From positions 48,137 to 112,136 of the forward strand of contig CAVUFA010000003.1 in the NCBI GenBank assembly GCA_963740565.1: a DNA stretch of 64,000 nt. The letters are read 5' to 3'. Below the pieces are notes generated by a model. It saw nothing but the letters and a program-made list of their open reading frames with translations, ran no database searches and had not been told where the DNA came from. This DNA is from an uncultured Gemmatimonadaceae bacterium (GTDB lineage Bacteria > Gemmatimonadota > Gemmatimonadetes > Gemmatimonadales > Gemmatimonadaceae). Positions 37,757-46,695 of this stretch are shown here, piece after piece (position 1 is the stretch's first letter; each line of letters starts with the position of its first letter). A program made the position numbers and the translations under genes.

Positions 37757-38929
37757 ATGGCCACCATCACCAACCCGTTCGAATTCGGCCGCGAGCTCAC
37801 ACTCCGTGAGCTCGTCGATCGCGAGGACGAACTCGAGGAGCTCGTCGGCGCCCTCACCAGTGCGCGCAAGTACTTCCTCATCGGACCCCGGCGCTATGGC
37901 AAGACGTCGCTTCTCGCCGCTGCCGCTGCCCGCGCGAGCCAGACGAAAGCCACGGTGCTTCGCTACAACGCCGAGCATTTTCCGACGCTCGATCAGCTCG
38001 CGTCACGCATCGTCGCTGACGCCGCATCTGCGCTGAGCGGCAGCGCCTCGAAGGTCGCCAAAGCGATCGCGACGTTCTTCGCTGCGCTCAGGCCGCAATT
38101 GGTGTTCAATCCGAGCGACGGCACCTGGACGGCGCAACTGAGCGCCGCCACGTCGAATGCTCCGGTGCCACTGCTGGGCGATGCGCTCGATGGACTCGAG
38201 AGAGTCGCGCGTACTCGCAAGACTCCCACCGCGCTCATCATCGACGAATTCCAGCGCATCGTCAAGCCGGGCGGCATCGACGCCGAGCGACAGATCCGCG
38301 CCACTATCCAGAAACATTCGGCGGTTGCCTACGCGTTCGCCGGATCGGAGACGGGGCTGCTCGCCGCGATGACCGGCGACGCCGACCGACCATTCTACCG
38401 GTTAGGCACGCGCCGATTTCTGGGACCAATCCCGCGCCCGGCGTTTCGCAAGGCCCTCGAGAAGGGATTCACCGGCGTAGCGAAGGTGACCGACGACGGT
38501 GTGGAGGCGATTCTCGACATCGCAGAGGACGTCCCGTACAACGTGCAGCTGCTCGCGCACGCGTGCTGGGATGAGTGCCGCGAACATCCGCGCGGCCTCA
38601 CGCTCACTCGTGACGTCGTCGAGCGCGCGCAGAAGGAGATGGCGTCGAGAAACGATCCGCTGTACACGCAGACGTGGACGAATCTGACGTCACCACAGCA
38701 GCGCGCCCTGCTCGCTGCCGTGTACGACCAGGACAAGGGGCTGACGTCGGGTGCCGTCACGCGACGGTTTCATCTCTCGCCGTCGACGATGCAGCGGGCG
38801 ATCGAGGCGCTGACCCAGCGCGGCATACTGCGCGAGGAACTGTCGCAGGGGTCGGCGCGATTGCGGCTCGAGGATCCGCTCCTGACCGCGTGGATCAAGT
38901 CCACCATCCCGGAGCCTCCGGCAAGCTAG
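37757..38929 (+). CDS. AAA+ ATP-binding protein (archaeal-ATPase/ORC-like fold) with a C-terminal winged-helix domain
   Basis: MATITNPFEFGRELTLRELVDREDELEEL. Walker A FLIGPRRYGKTS. Walker B ALIIDEFQRI. C-terminal wHTH-like segment LTSPQQRALLAAVYDQDKGLTSGAVTRRFHLSPSTMQRAIEALTQRGIL. Confidence 0.75.
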   Translation: MATITNPFEFGRELTLRELVDREDELEELVGALTSARKYFLIGPRRYGKTSLLAAAAARASQTKATVLRYNAEHFPTLDQLASRIVADAASALSGSASKVAKAIATFFAALRPQLVFNPSDGTWTAQLSAATSNAPVPLLGDALDGLERVARTRKTPTALIIDEFQRIVKPGGIDAERQIRATIQKHSAVAYAFAGSETGLLAAMTGDADRPFYRLGTRRFLGPIPRPAFRKALEKGFTGVAKVTDDGVEAILDIAEDVPYNVQLLAHACWDECREHPRGLTLTRDVVERAQKEMASRNDPLYTQTWTNLTSPQQRALLAAVYDQDKGLTSGAVTRRFHLSPSTMQRAIEALTQRGILREELSQGSARLRLEDPLLTAWIKSTIPEPPAS

Positions 38930-39297
38930 GCGCCGCGGGCCCACCCTGATCTGCCGCCGCAACTCGGCCCAGCGTCGTAGCCGTCGTAGCGCGTCATCAC
39001 TTGGTGCTTGTTCGGAATGTGCCCCGTTCACGCGCGTGAGTCATCCGTAGCACGTCGTGCTGCCGGTGATTCCTCGATAGCCTGGCTGCGCAGTGTCGTG
39101 ATGTGACAAACGCAACTCCTATCATCGAAACCACGTAGACCCACGCGCCCTGTCGCTGTCGATAGCACACGCCAACGTCGACTGGACGGGGGGCCCGTGG
39201 TCGGCGCAGCACCATGACAGGCCCCCCATGCCAGCAGTTGTCGCATGAACCCGAGTGACAATTGTGCCAACCAGACCGCGGACTGCCTGACGCGCCG

Positions 39298-39946
39298 TCA
39301 CTTCAGACGGAGCGTCATCTTGAACGGTAGATGGTAGTAGCCGAGAAGCTCCCCCGTATCGCTGTTGTGCAGCGCCGCGACGTCTTCATGGACTGCACAC
39401 GATCCGTTCGCCTGCACCGTCCACTCGTCCGGATTCACGCTCGTTCGCGTGAACATCACGAACGCGCTCGGGCTGTCGGCGGTGTTCTCCAGCCCCTTGT
39501 GGAAGCTCACCGTCCACCCAGTCGTGCTCGTGCGAAAGCTGTTCCCCATGTAACCGCATTCCGTGCTGGGATTCCCGTTCACGCCCAGCTGCTGCAAGGG
39601 AATCCATGGCGTCGTCGGGCTGTAGACCGAGCCGCCGGTCGAGAAGTGGTCACCGTAGCAGCTGTCTGGATTCGGCCGGTACGTGTTGGAGGGATCGACC
39701 GGATTGCTGAAGTCGTAGGGCGCCGATCGCGGGGCACAGGGTGGCTGTCTGTTCTTCCCGGTGGGAGCGACGTACGTGTCGAAGTTGAACACGCCTGCTC
39801 GGTCACCGAGATAGGCTGACACGCGAATCGGTGGGCGTCGCGCAGGCCCCGCACACCACAAGTGCCGCTGGGACTACGGTGTGCCAACGCCCGCAGATCC
39901 TCGAGCGGAGCCGCTGGGTGAGAGTCGGGAGAAGATGCCAGGACAT
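39298..39946 (-). pseudogene. Hypothetical secreted/lipoprotein gene, apparently frameshifted between signal peptide and mature domain
   Basis: The lipoprotein-type signal MSWHLLPTLTQRLRSRICGRWHTVVPAALVVCGACATPTDSRVS (ATG at 39946, ORF 39803..40201) stops at 39803. The 187-aa body (ORF 39298..39861, AYLGDRAGVFNFDTYVAPTGKN...) is in another frame and has no signal peptide of its own. Confidence 0.4.
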
Positions 39947-40210
39947 GAGAGGGCCTCTTGGGGGAGAGTGGTCCACGAGAACGGCCCTGGGCCTCCCCCT
40001 GACTGGCGAGGACCAGGACCCTGAACAGGCCGCGAACCTACCCGGCTCGCCTGATTTCAGCCTGACGTCGGCGTGAATTGGAGCACGTGCGAGCCATTCC
40101 ACCCCGGAAGAGCGTGCGAAAACCGCCCTCCTTGTCGCTCGATCGAGGGGGACGTAGCATGTTGGGACGCTGAAGCGCGAGCGTGGGCCGACCTGCCTCA
40201 CATCTGTCCT

Positions 40211-40790
40211 ATGCTTATCCTGCGTACGTTGGGCGGGTTGTCCGTGGAGAACGCAGAGTTCAGTGGTGCCGCGGAGGCGCGGCGTCGCCCACTGGCGTTG
40301 CTGGCCATCCTGGCGCTCTCGGGGCGCCGCGGCGTGGCTGATGCACCGTCGAGTGCCGAGGCATTCAGGGTCGTGTCGACCAGGCCTGACGTGGCTGAGC
40401 GGACACGCCGCCAGAGGGTCCTGCTCGTCCTGGGCGCATTGGTATTGCTCGCGCTCGGCGGTGCAGCTGCTGCGCGGCGTTCATGAGCCGTCCGACACTC
40501 GACGATCATGCCGTCGCGGTTCTGCCAGCGTATGGCGCCTCAGCCGCTGCGAAGGCGGGCACTGGCGACCACCTCGGCGCGCTGATCACCGACCGCGTTA
40601 TTGGCGGCCTGGTATCACTGCACCTGGGAGCGGTCCGCGCGTTGCCGATGGCAACCGTGCCAGCGTCGGCGCTGACCATGCAGAGCGCGCGTTCACTCGC
40701 CCGATCGGCTGGAACGCGATACGTCGTCGCGATCCCGTATCGCAATGATGCCGATTCAGTGGTGTTGAGCGCCTATGTCGGGGTCGGCGA
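40211..40790 (+). pseudogene. Decayed BTAD-type regulator/sensor fragment
   Basis: MLILRTLGGLSVENAEFSGAAEARRRPLALLAILALSGRRGV resembles the N-terminus of the 34030 gene. A TM segment (VLLVLGALVLLALGG) follows, and in the next frame a TolB-N-like segment (AVAVLPAYG...GDHLGALITDRVIGGLVSL...AGTRYVVAIPYRNDADSVVLSAYV). Confidence 0.35.
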
Positions 40791-40824
40791 GTGGATCGGT
40801 CCCCGTCGCGGCGTGGATGTGCTC

Positions 40825-41550
40825 TGGAACCGAGGTGGTTTCCCCGACAGTCTCCTCGCAGCAGGCGACGACGCGAGCCTGACCTGGCGTCGCGACTTCA
40901 TTCGAAGCTATCTCGAACGCGACGTTCCGATGTTCGCGCCACGCTTCCCGGTGGAAACGATCGCGCGCCTGTGGGGCATGCTGGCACATGGTCAGGGGAC
41001 GCTCCTCAATCAGTCACGCCTGGCGTCCAGCCTCGGTGTCTCGGCGCCCGCGGTCGCACGGTACGTGGACCTGCTGGTCGACCTCCTGCTCGTCAGGCGC
41101 CTGCAGCCCTGGAGCGGCAACATCGGGAAGCGCTTCGTGCGCTCACCCAAGCTGTACGTCCGTGACAGCGGACTGGTGCACGCACTGCTCCAGCTCGAAC
41201 GCTGGGACGACGTCCTTGGTCACCCAGTGGCCGGCCCGAGCTGGGAGGGATTCGTCATCGAGAATCTCATCCAGGCCGCCGGGGATCGCCGCGTTCCCTG
41301 TTTCTACAGAACCGCCGATGGATCCGAGATCGACCTGGTGCTGGAACGGGGTGGTCGGGTCGAAATTGCCGTCGAGATCAAGCGGTCGACCGCACCGGAA
41401 GCATCGAAGGGATTCCGACTGGGCTGCGAAGCGACCCGCGCAAGGCAGCGGTACATCGTGCACGGTGGATCCGACGAGTGGCCGATGGCAGGCGGAGTGA
41501 CGGCAATTCCCCTCAGCGAGATGGTTCAACGCCTGCGGGAGACGGCATGA
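40825..41550 (+). pseudogene. C-terminal part of a DUF4143-containing AAA ATPase (the AAA domain is missing)
   Basis: WNRGGFPDSLLAAGDDASLTWRRDFIRSYLERDVPMFAPRFPVETIARLWGMLAHGQGTLLNQSRLASSLGVSAPAVARYVDLLVDLLLVRRLQPWSGNIGKRFVRSPKLYVRDSGLVHALL is the usual post-AAA region of this family. It is fused in frame to unrelated sequence upstream. Confidence 0.6.
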
Positions 41551-41640
41551 GCACCACGGACCGCCTCGCCGCTGCCCCTGCGGACCGTTACCGGATCGAG
41601 CGAGAGCTCGGGCAGGGCGGGATGGCGGCCGGGCGACCGG
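41548..41640 (+). pseudogene. N-terminal stub of a Ser/Thr protein kinase
   Basis: MSTTDRLAAAPADRYRIERELGQGGMAA parallels the start of the intact kinase at 43453 (LADRYRIEREIGAGGMATVYLA). It then runs into a 3 x 8-bp repeat (GGGCGACC, 41631-41654) and unrelated sequence. Confidence 0.4.
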
Positions 41641-41693
41641 GCGACCGGGCGACCGAGCACAGCGCCGAACCGCGGGTGGTGCGGCGAGCAAAC

Positions 41694-42224
41694 TCAGCCT
41701 GGGAGCAGCTCTTCCAGCGCGAGGCGTGTCTTGAGTGGAATCTGCGTGTCGTCGAAGTACCGTCCCACGATCTCGAGGGCACCGGACGCTCTCGTGATGT
41801 TGAGGTAGCGGAGGAGGAACCGGACGTCGTCGAGGTCGTGGAACTCCTCGCCAAGGCGCATCGCGGCGCACTTCATGGCCAGCAGGTACGAGGGCTGGGC
41901 GACGAAGACCTTGAGGTGCGAGCGCTCCAGATATCGATCGTACGAGCCGCGTGGACTGAGCCACGCCTTCACGGCGTCATTCAGCCAGTCAGCGGGAACG
42001 GCAGCCTGCGCCGCAACCCGCGCTGCCGACTGTCGCACCAGCGCGGCCGGCTTGAACCAGGCGTCCACGTCGCGCGTGGCTGCCCGGGCGTCGAGCGCGA
42101 GACACATCACCGCACCGCCCACGAGGTAGACCTCGGCGTGGGTGTCCGACGTGGCGAGATCGGCGTTGAGCAGCTCGAAGAGATGCAGGATGTCCGCCTT
42201 CGACAGCTGGACCGGTTCCGCCAC
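41694..42224 (-). CDS. Nucleotidyltransferase-fold protein (DUF6036-like), putative TA component
   Basis: GTG at 42224, 2 nt after the upstream stop. Contains VAEPVQLSKADILHLFELLNADLATSDTHAEVYLVGGAVMCLALDARAATRDVDAWF (the GG...TrDvD NTase pattern). Confidence 0.6.
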   Translation of the reverse strand: MAEPVQLSKADILHLFELLNADLATSDTHAEVYLVGGAVMCLALDARAATRDVDAWFKPAALVRQSAARVAAQAAVPADWLNDAVKAWLSPRGSYDRYLERSHLKVFVAQPSYLLAMKCAAMRLGEEFHDLDDVRFLLRYLNITRASGALEIVGRYFDDTQIPLKTRLALEELLPG

Positions 42225-42226
42225 GC

Positions 42227-42718
42227 TCAGACCCGTGCACCGACGCTGGCGTCGATGAAGATGTTGCGGCGCTTGAACGGGACCGGCGCCGAACGCAGCA
42301 GGTGCATCCGGAGGCTCCGCAGCGGGGTGACGAATCGAGGCGTGTCGAGTGGCGTGACGTCCCTCACCCACGGCGGCGGGGCGACCTGCTTCGATTCCGC
42401 CGCCTGCTCCACCATCGCCGCCACGTAGTTCTGGAGGTATGGGGAGAGCCCGCGCAGGTCCGCGACCGCGACGCGTTCGGCGAAGCTCACCGGCGGCGAC
42501 GCGTGCAGCAGGTCGTTCAGTTCGGCCAGCACGTACCGGTGGTCGGACTCCGACTGGAGCATGCGCAGGAGCTCAGCGAAGCGATTCGGGTCGTCGGGCA
42601 GCAGCCGCGACAGAACGAACGCTGACACGTCGCAACCGGCGGCGCGCGCCTGTCGCTTCAGCATGGCCTTCTGCTGGGGCGTGACCCGGATCTGAAGCTG
42701 CTGCGTCTTGGCGGGCAT
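42227..42718 (-). CDS. Ribbon-helix-helix (CopG/MobC-like) protein, partner of the nucleotidyltransferase
   Basis: MPAKTQQLQIRVTPQQKAMLKRQARAAGCDVSAFVLSRLLP is a typical RHH N-terminus, followed by a 120-aa C-terminal domain of unknown function. The start is at 42718 or 42754. Confidence 0.55.
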   Translation of the reverse strand: MPAKTQQLQIRVTPQQKAMLKRQARAAGCDVSAFVLSRLLPDDPNRFAELLRMLQSESDHRYVLAELNDLLHASPPVSFAERVAVADLRGLSPYLQNYVAAMVEQAAESKQVAPPPWVRDVTPLDTPRFVTPLRSLRMHLLRSAPVPFKRRNIFIDASVGARV

Positions 42719-42727
42719 GAGCGAAAA

Positions 42728-43066
42728 ATGTGCAGCCGGAACCTCATTTGTCAATACATATGTATTGACGACTCACTCCCATCGGGGCGGCAGGGCGTTC
42801 AAGCGCCGGCCGCGGACGGGCCGTTCCGTACCGATGCGCTGGTTCGCGAGGGGCGGAGCGTCATCATCACCGTCCACGGCGAGCCCGTGGCCGAGCTCCG
42901 GCCATACCTGAAGCCGGACCGGCCACAGACCCTCGAAGAGCGGATTGCCGAGTTGACCGCCCGAGGAGAGATCATCCCGGCCAGGATGAAGCCCTCCGAC
43001 CCTGCAGCATTCCGACTGGGCACGCCGAAGCCGGGCGCGCTGCAACGTTTCCTGGATGACCGGTAG
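42728..43066 (+). CDS. Phd/YefM-family type II antitoxin (start codon unresolved)
   Basis: Core REGRSVIITVHGEPVAELRPY...LEERIAELTARGEIIPA. The annotated ORF start lies upstream of and across the palindrome. No ATG, GTG or TTG occurs in this frame after it, so the N-terminus is either non-canonical or frameshifted. Confidence 0.6.
   Translation: MCSRNLICQYICIDDSLPSGRQGVQAPAADGPFRTDALVREGRSVIITVHGEPVAELRPYLKPDRPQTLEERIAELTARGEIIPARMKPSDPAAFRLGTPKPGALQRFLDDR
42750..42769. promoter_or_regulatory. Perfect 20-bp palindrome GTCAATACATATGTATTGAC (candidate shared operator of two divergent TA-like modules)
   Basis: Read directly. It is AT-rich in a GC-rich context. It lies between the minus-strand RHH gene start (42718) and the plus-strand Phd/YefM-VapC pair. 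Confidence 0.6.
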
Positions 43067-43445
43067 TGGCAGCGGCCTATGTCGACATTCGGTGATCACC
43101 GCGATTGCGTTCGTCGAGGGCGCTGCAGCAGCGATCGCAGGACGTCTCCGGCAATTCGACCAACTCTTCTCCGCCCCGTTGCTCGAAGCCGAGGTGCGCT
43201 CGGCCGCGTACCGGGAGGAGGCGCCCGTCGATGAGGGGTGGTTTGCCCCATTGATGTGGGTGCAACCAGAGCGTTCCCTCAGTCCGGAAATCGTGCGTGT
43301 GCTGCAGGCAGGGTATATCCGTGGTGCGGACTGCTGGCACCTGGCGACGGCGCTCCACATCGTTCCGGATCCTGCCGAGCTGACCTTTCTCACCCTCGAT
43401 CCGCGCCAGCAGGAGATCGCGGCGAAACCAGGGTTCACCACGTGA
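43056..43445 (+). CDS. vapC: PIN-domain (VapC-like) toxin, possibly N-terminally frameshifted
   Basis: ...VITAIAFVEGAAAAIAGRL...APLLEAEVRSAAYRE...GYIRGADCWHLATALHIV...LTFLTLDPRQQEIAAKPGF. The expected N-terminal AAYVDI motif, carrying the first catalytic Asp, is encoded at 43064-43093 in a different frame that ends in TGA. Confidence 0.65.
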   Translation: MTGSGSGLCRHSVITAIAFVEGAAAAIAGRLRQFDQLFSAPLLEAEVRSAAYREEAPVDEGWFAPLMWVQPERSLSPEIVRVLQAGYIRGADCWHLATALHIVPDPAELTFLTLDPRQQEIAAKPGFTT

Positions 43446-43452
43446 GGAACCG

Positions 43453-46128
43453 ATGTCCCTCGAGCGCCTGACCACCGCCCTGGCCGACCGCTACCGCATC
43501 GAGCGCGAGATCGGCGCCGGCGGGATGGCGACCGTGTACCTCGCCGAGGATCTCAAGCACAAGCGGCAGGTCGCGCTCAAGGTGCTCAAGCCGGAGCTGG
43601 CCGCCGTGTTAGGCGCCGAACGATTCGTGCAGGAGATCACCACCACAGCGGCGCTGCAGCACCCGCACATTCTGCCGCTCTTTGATTCCGGATCGGCGGA
43701 CGGGTTCCTCTACTACGTGATGCCGTTCATCGACGGCGAGACGTTGCGGGACCGACTCAATCGCGAGACGCAGCTGGGGGTGGACCAGGCGGTGAAGATC
43801 GCCAGTGAAGTGGCGGATGCCCTGGACTACGCGCACCGGCATGGGGTGATCCACCGCGACATCAAGCCCGAGAACATCCTGCTGCACGACGGGCGCCCGA
43901 TGGTGGCCGACTTCGGCATCGCGCTGGCGGTGAGCGCCGCCGCCGGCAGGCGGATGACAGAGACCGGGCTGTCGTTAGGTACGCCGCACTACATGAGCCC
44001 GGAGCAGGCGACGGCGGACAAGGAGATCTCCGCGCGGTCGGACATCTACTCGCTGGGCAGCGTGCTCTACGAGATGCTGGCCGGGAATCCGCCACACACG
44101 GGGAACTCCGCGCAGCAGATCATTATGCGAATCATCGCCGAGCCGGTGGAGCCGGTGACGAAGTACCGGAAGACGGTGCCGGTGAACGTCGAAGCGGCGG
44201 TGGCGAAGGCGCTGGAGAAGCTGCCGGCGGACCGGTTCGAGAGTGCGCGGGCGTTTGGCGAGGCGCTGGCGAATCCGTCGTTCACCAGCTCGCGGACGGT
44301 CGCCCAGGCCCACGCGGGGACGCCGTCGGGATGGCGCCGCTACGCCGGTGCGATCATCGCTGCACTCGGTCTGATAGCGGTCGTCTCCACGGGGCTGGCG
44401 GTGCGGGGGCGACGCGGCGGCGCTCCGTCCCCGCTCGTTCGGTTCAGCCTCGCCCTCCCCCCTGCGCAGGGGCTGACCGCACCAGGTGGCACTCGACTGG
44501 CGTGGGCGCCCGATGGGAACTCATTCCTCTACGTGGGACCCGGCAGCGGCGGGACGCAATTGTGGCATCGCTCGCTCGACGCCCTCGACGCGGTCCCGAT
44601 CCCGGGCACCGATGGTGCCACAAGCCCGTTCTTCTCGCCCGACGGAACCCGAATCGGCTTCATCAACCTCAATCCGTTCGCCGTCCAGCTGGTGACACCA
44701 GACGGCGGCAGCGCCACGATGCTGGTGGGGGACCACGTTTCGGGGGGCGGCGCGTCGTGGGGGGATGATGGATTCATCTACTTCGACGGACTCACGACGC
44801 TCTCGCGGATTCGTCCTGACGGAGCGGGCCGCGAGGTCGTGTACGCTCTCGATTCACTGCAGCGTGAGGTCGGTGTGGCGTGGCCCGAGGCGCTGCCGGG
44901 AGGTCACGGGGTGCTGTTTCGCATCCGCCGCATCGGCGACGACGTTGCCGACTACCGCATCATGGTCGCGGACCTCCGCACAAGGAAGGTGAAGTTCGTG
45001 GTGCAGGCGGCCGTGGCACGGTATTCTCCCACCGGGCACCTGCTCTACGTGACCGCAGACGGTTCGCTGATGGCCTGCCGCTTCGATCTGGACCGCCTCG
45101 AGCTGACCGGGTCGCCAGTGCTGCTCTGGCGAGGCCTGGGCCTCGGTGCGTTCGGGGTGGCGGACATCGCCCTCGCCTCGACCGGATCCTTGCTCTATAC
45201 GACCGACTACAACTCAACGATCGCCGAACCCACGTGGGTGACAAGGGACGGCGCGTCCACCCCCGTGGATGCGGCGTGGCCGGACGGGCTGGTCTATGCC
45301 GTGGCGCTATCTCCTGATGGATCGCAGATGGCTGCGGAGTTCATCAACGGCAATTCCAACACCAGCAGCCCCGACATCTGGATCAAGCGCCTCAATGGAG
45401 GAGCGCTGTCCCGACTCACCTTCGAGGGTGCGAACAACCAGCGGCCGACATGGTCGCACGACGGCCGCGATATCTTCTTCCTGTCCGACCGGACGAGACC
45501 CCCGGCGCTCTACCGCCAGCGCGCCGATGGCAGCGCCCCGGCACAGCGTGTCGCATCAGGCGCTCGTGGCCTGGGCGAAGGACTCGAATCAGGCGACGGA
45601 AGTTGGCTCGTGCTGCGGTCCGCGGACGACGTCTGCTGCGACATTCTGGGAATGAGACCCGGGGTGGATAGCGCTCCCGTTCCATTGGTGGCGACCTCGT
45701 TCCGCGAACGGAGCCCGGCGCTCTCCCCCGACGGAAAGTGGCTGGCATACGCGTCCGACGAGACCGGGCGTTTTGAGATCTTTGTTCGCCCCTTCCCCAA
45801 CGTGCAGTCTGGCAAGTGGCAGGTTTCAACTGCGGGAGGGGCGTCGCCGCGCTGGAGCCGGCAGGGAGACGAATTGTTCTTCCTGGATGGCGCAAGCGAT
45901 ATGGAGGCGGTCAGGGTGGCCACCAAGCCAGGCTTCGGCATCCTCAACAAGCAGCGGCTGTTCTCGGCGACAGGCTACTTCGCGTCGCCGTGGGCCCAGG
46001 CGTACGACGTGTCGCCGGATGGGCGGCGCTTCCTGATGTTGCGCGTCGGCTCCGCGTCGGGAGCCGTTTCTCTATCATTGGTCCTGGTACAGGGCTTCCC
46101 GGCTGAGCTGCGTCGGAAGGTTCCATGA
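43453..46128 (+). CDS. Ser/Thr protein kinase with one TM segment and a C-terminal TolB/PD40-type beta-propeller
   Basis: 891 aa. Kinase subdomains GAGGMATVYLA, VALKVL, HRDIKPENILL, DFGIA, GTPHYMSPEQ. TM segment YAGAIIAALGLIAVVSTGLAV. Repeated PD40-like units (SPDGTRIGF, SPDGSQMA, SHDGRDIFF, SPDGKWLAY, SPDGRRFLM). Confidence 0.9.
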   Translation: MSLERLTTALADRYRIEREIGAGGMATVYLAEDLKHKRQVALKVLKPELAAVLGAERFVQEITTTAALQHPHILPLFDSGSADGFLYYVMPFIDGETLRDRLNRETQLGVDQAVKIASEVADALDYAHRHGVIHRDIKPENILLHDGRPMVADFGIALAVSAAAGRRMTETGLSLGTPHYMSPEQATADKEISARSDIYSLGSVLYEMLAGNPPHTGNSAQQIIMRIIAEPVEPVTKYRKTVPVNVEAAVAKALEKLPADRFESARAFGEALANPSFTSSRTVAQAHAGTPSGWRRYAGAIIAALGLIAVVSTGLAVRGRRGGAPSPLVRFSLALPPAQGLTAPGGTRLAWAPDGNSFLYVGPGSGGTQLWHRSLDALDAVPIPGTDGATSPFFSPDGTRIGFINLNPFAVQLVTPDGGSATMLVGDHVSGGGASWGDDGFIYFDGLTTLSRIRPDGAGREVVYALDSLQREVGVAWPEALPGGHGVLFRIRRIGDDVADYRIMVADLRTRKVKFVVQAAVARYSPTGHLLYVTADGSLMACRFDLDRLELTGSPVLLWRGLGLGAFGVADIALASTGSLLYTTDYNSTIAEPTWVTRDGASTPVDAAWPDGLVYAVALSPDGSQMAAEFINGNSNTSSPDIWIKRLNGGALSRLTFEGANNQRPTWSHDGRDIFFLSDRTRPPALYRQRADGSAPAQRVASGARGLGEGLESGDGSWLVLRSADDVCCDILGMRPGVDSAPVPLVATSFRERSPALSPDGKWLAYASDETGRFEIFVRPFPNVQSGKWQVSTAGGASPRWSRQGDELFFLDGASDMEAVRVATKPGFGILNKQRLFSATGYFASPWAQAYDVSPDGRRFLMLRVGSASGAVSLSLVLVQGFPAELRRKVP

Positions 46129-46247
46129 TGGCGGACGCGAGGGACGGAATGAGCGTCCGCGGCTTCGCGACCGCTTGCGACATAGTGACTCGAGGCGCAA
46201 TGCAGTGGTGACGATCTTCGCGGCGCGTGAGCGCAGCGTGGGCCTTC

Positions 46248-46349
46248 ATGAGCCCCGTGATTTACCGCGAAGACGGATATCGTTTCTTCTTGAGGAATCG
46301 ACCTGCAATTCTTGAGGAGTGGTATGCGAGGTTCCCCGAAGCACCATAA
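46248..46349 (+). pseudogene. Internally deleted DUF4160 remnant
   Basis: Hand translation gives MSPVIYREDGYRFFLRNRPAILEEWYARFPEAP-stop (33 aa). The N-terminal ..Y.e.GYRFF and C-terminal ..I.EeW..f pieces of DUF4160 appear joined, without the central HvHv core. Confidence 0.35.
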
Positions 46350-46368
46350 GCCGCGCTCGGCCGCGCCC

Positions 46369-46692
46369 ATGTCATGGACGCCTGGAAGGGCGCGACCATA
46401 TAAAGGTCCGCGCGCTACGGGCGTCCGCGTAGTTCGCCGGCAGCTGATCGTCACGCTCGATGACTCCCGTGTGCTCATCGTGCCTCTCGAGATGCTTCCG
46501 GGACTCGATGCGGCGCCGGCGTCGGCCCGGAAGGTGCACGAACTATTGGGCGGCGGCATCGGAATTCGATTTCCGCTCTGCGACGAAGATGTTAGCGTCG
46601 CGAACCTGCTGCGACCGGAGATGGTGATGCACCATCAACGCCCCACTCGCGTGCAAGCCAAGCGCGAGCGAGCGCGCAGGGTGAAACCGTAG
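46369..46692 (+). CDS. DUF2442 domain-containing protein
   Basis: ...VRVVRRQLIVTLDDSRVLIVPLEMLPGLDAAPASARKVHELLGGGIGIRFPLCDEDVSVANLL. This family is the usual partner of DUF4160. Confidence 0.65.
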   Translation: MSWTPGRARPYKGPRATGVRVVRRQLIVTLDDSRVLIVPLEMLPGLDAAPASARKVHELLGGGIGIRFPLCDEDVSVANLLRPEMVMHHQRPTRVQAKRERARRVKP

Positions 46693-46695
46693 CAA

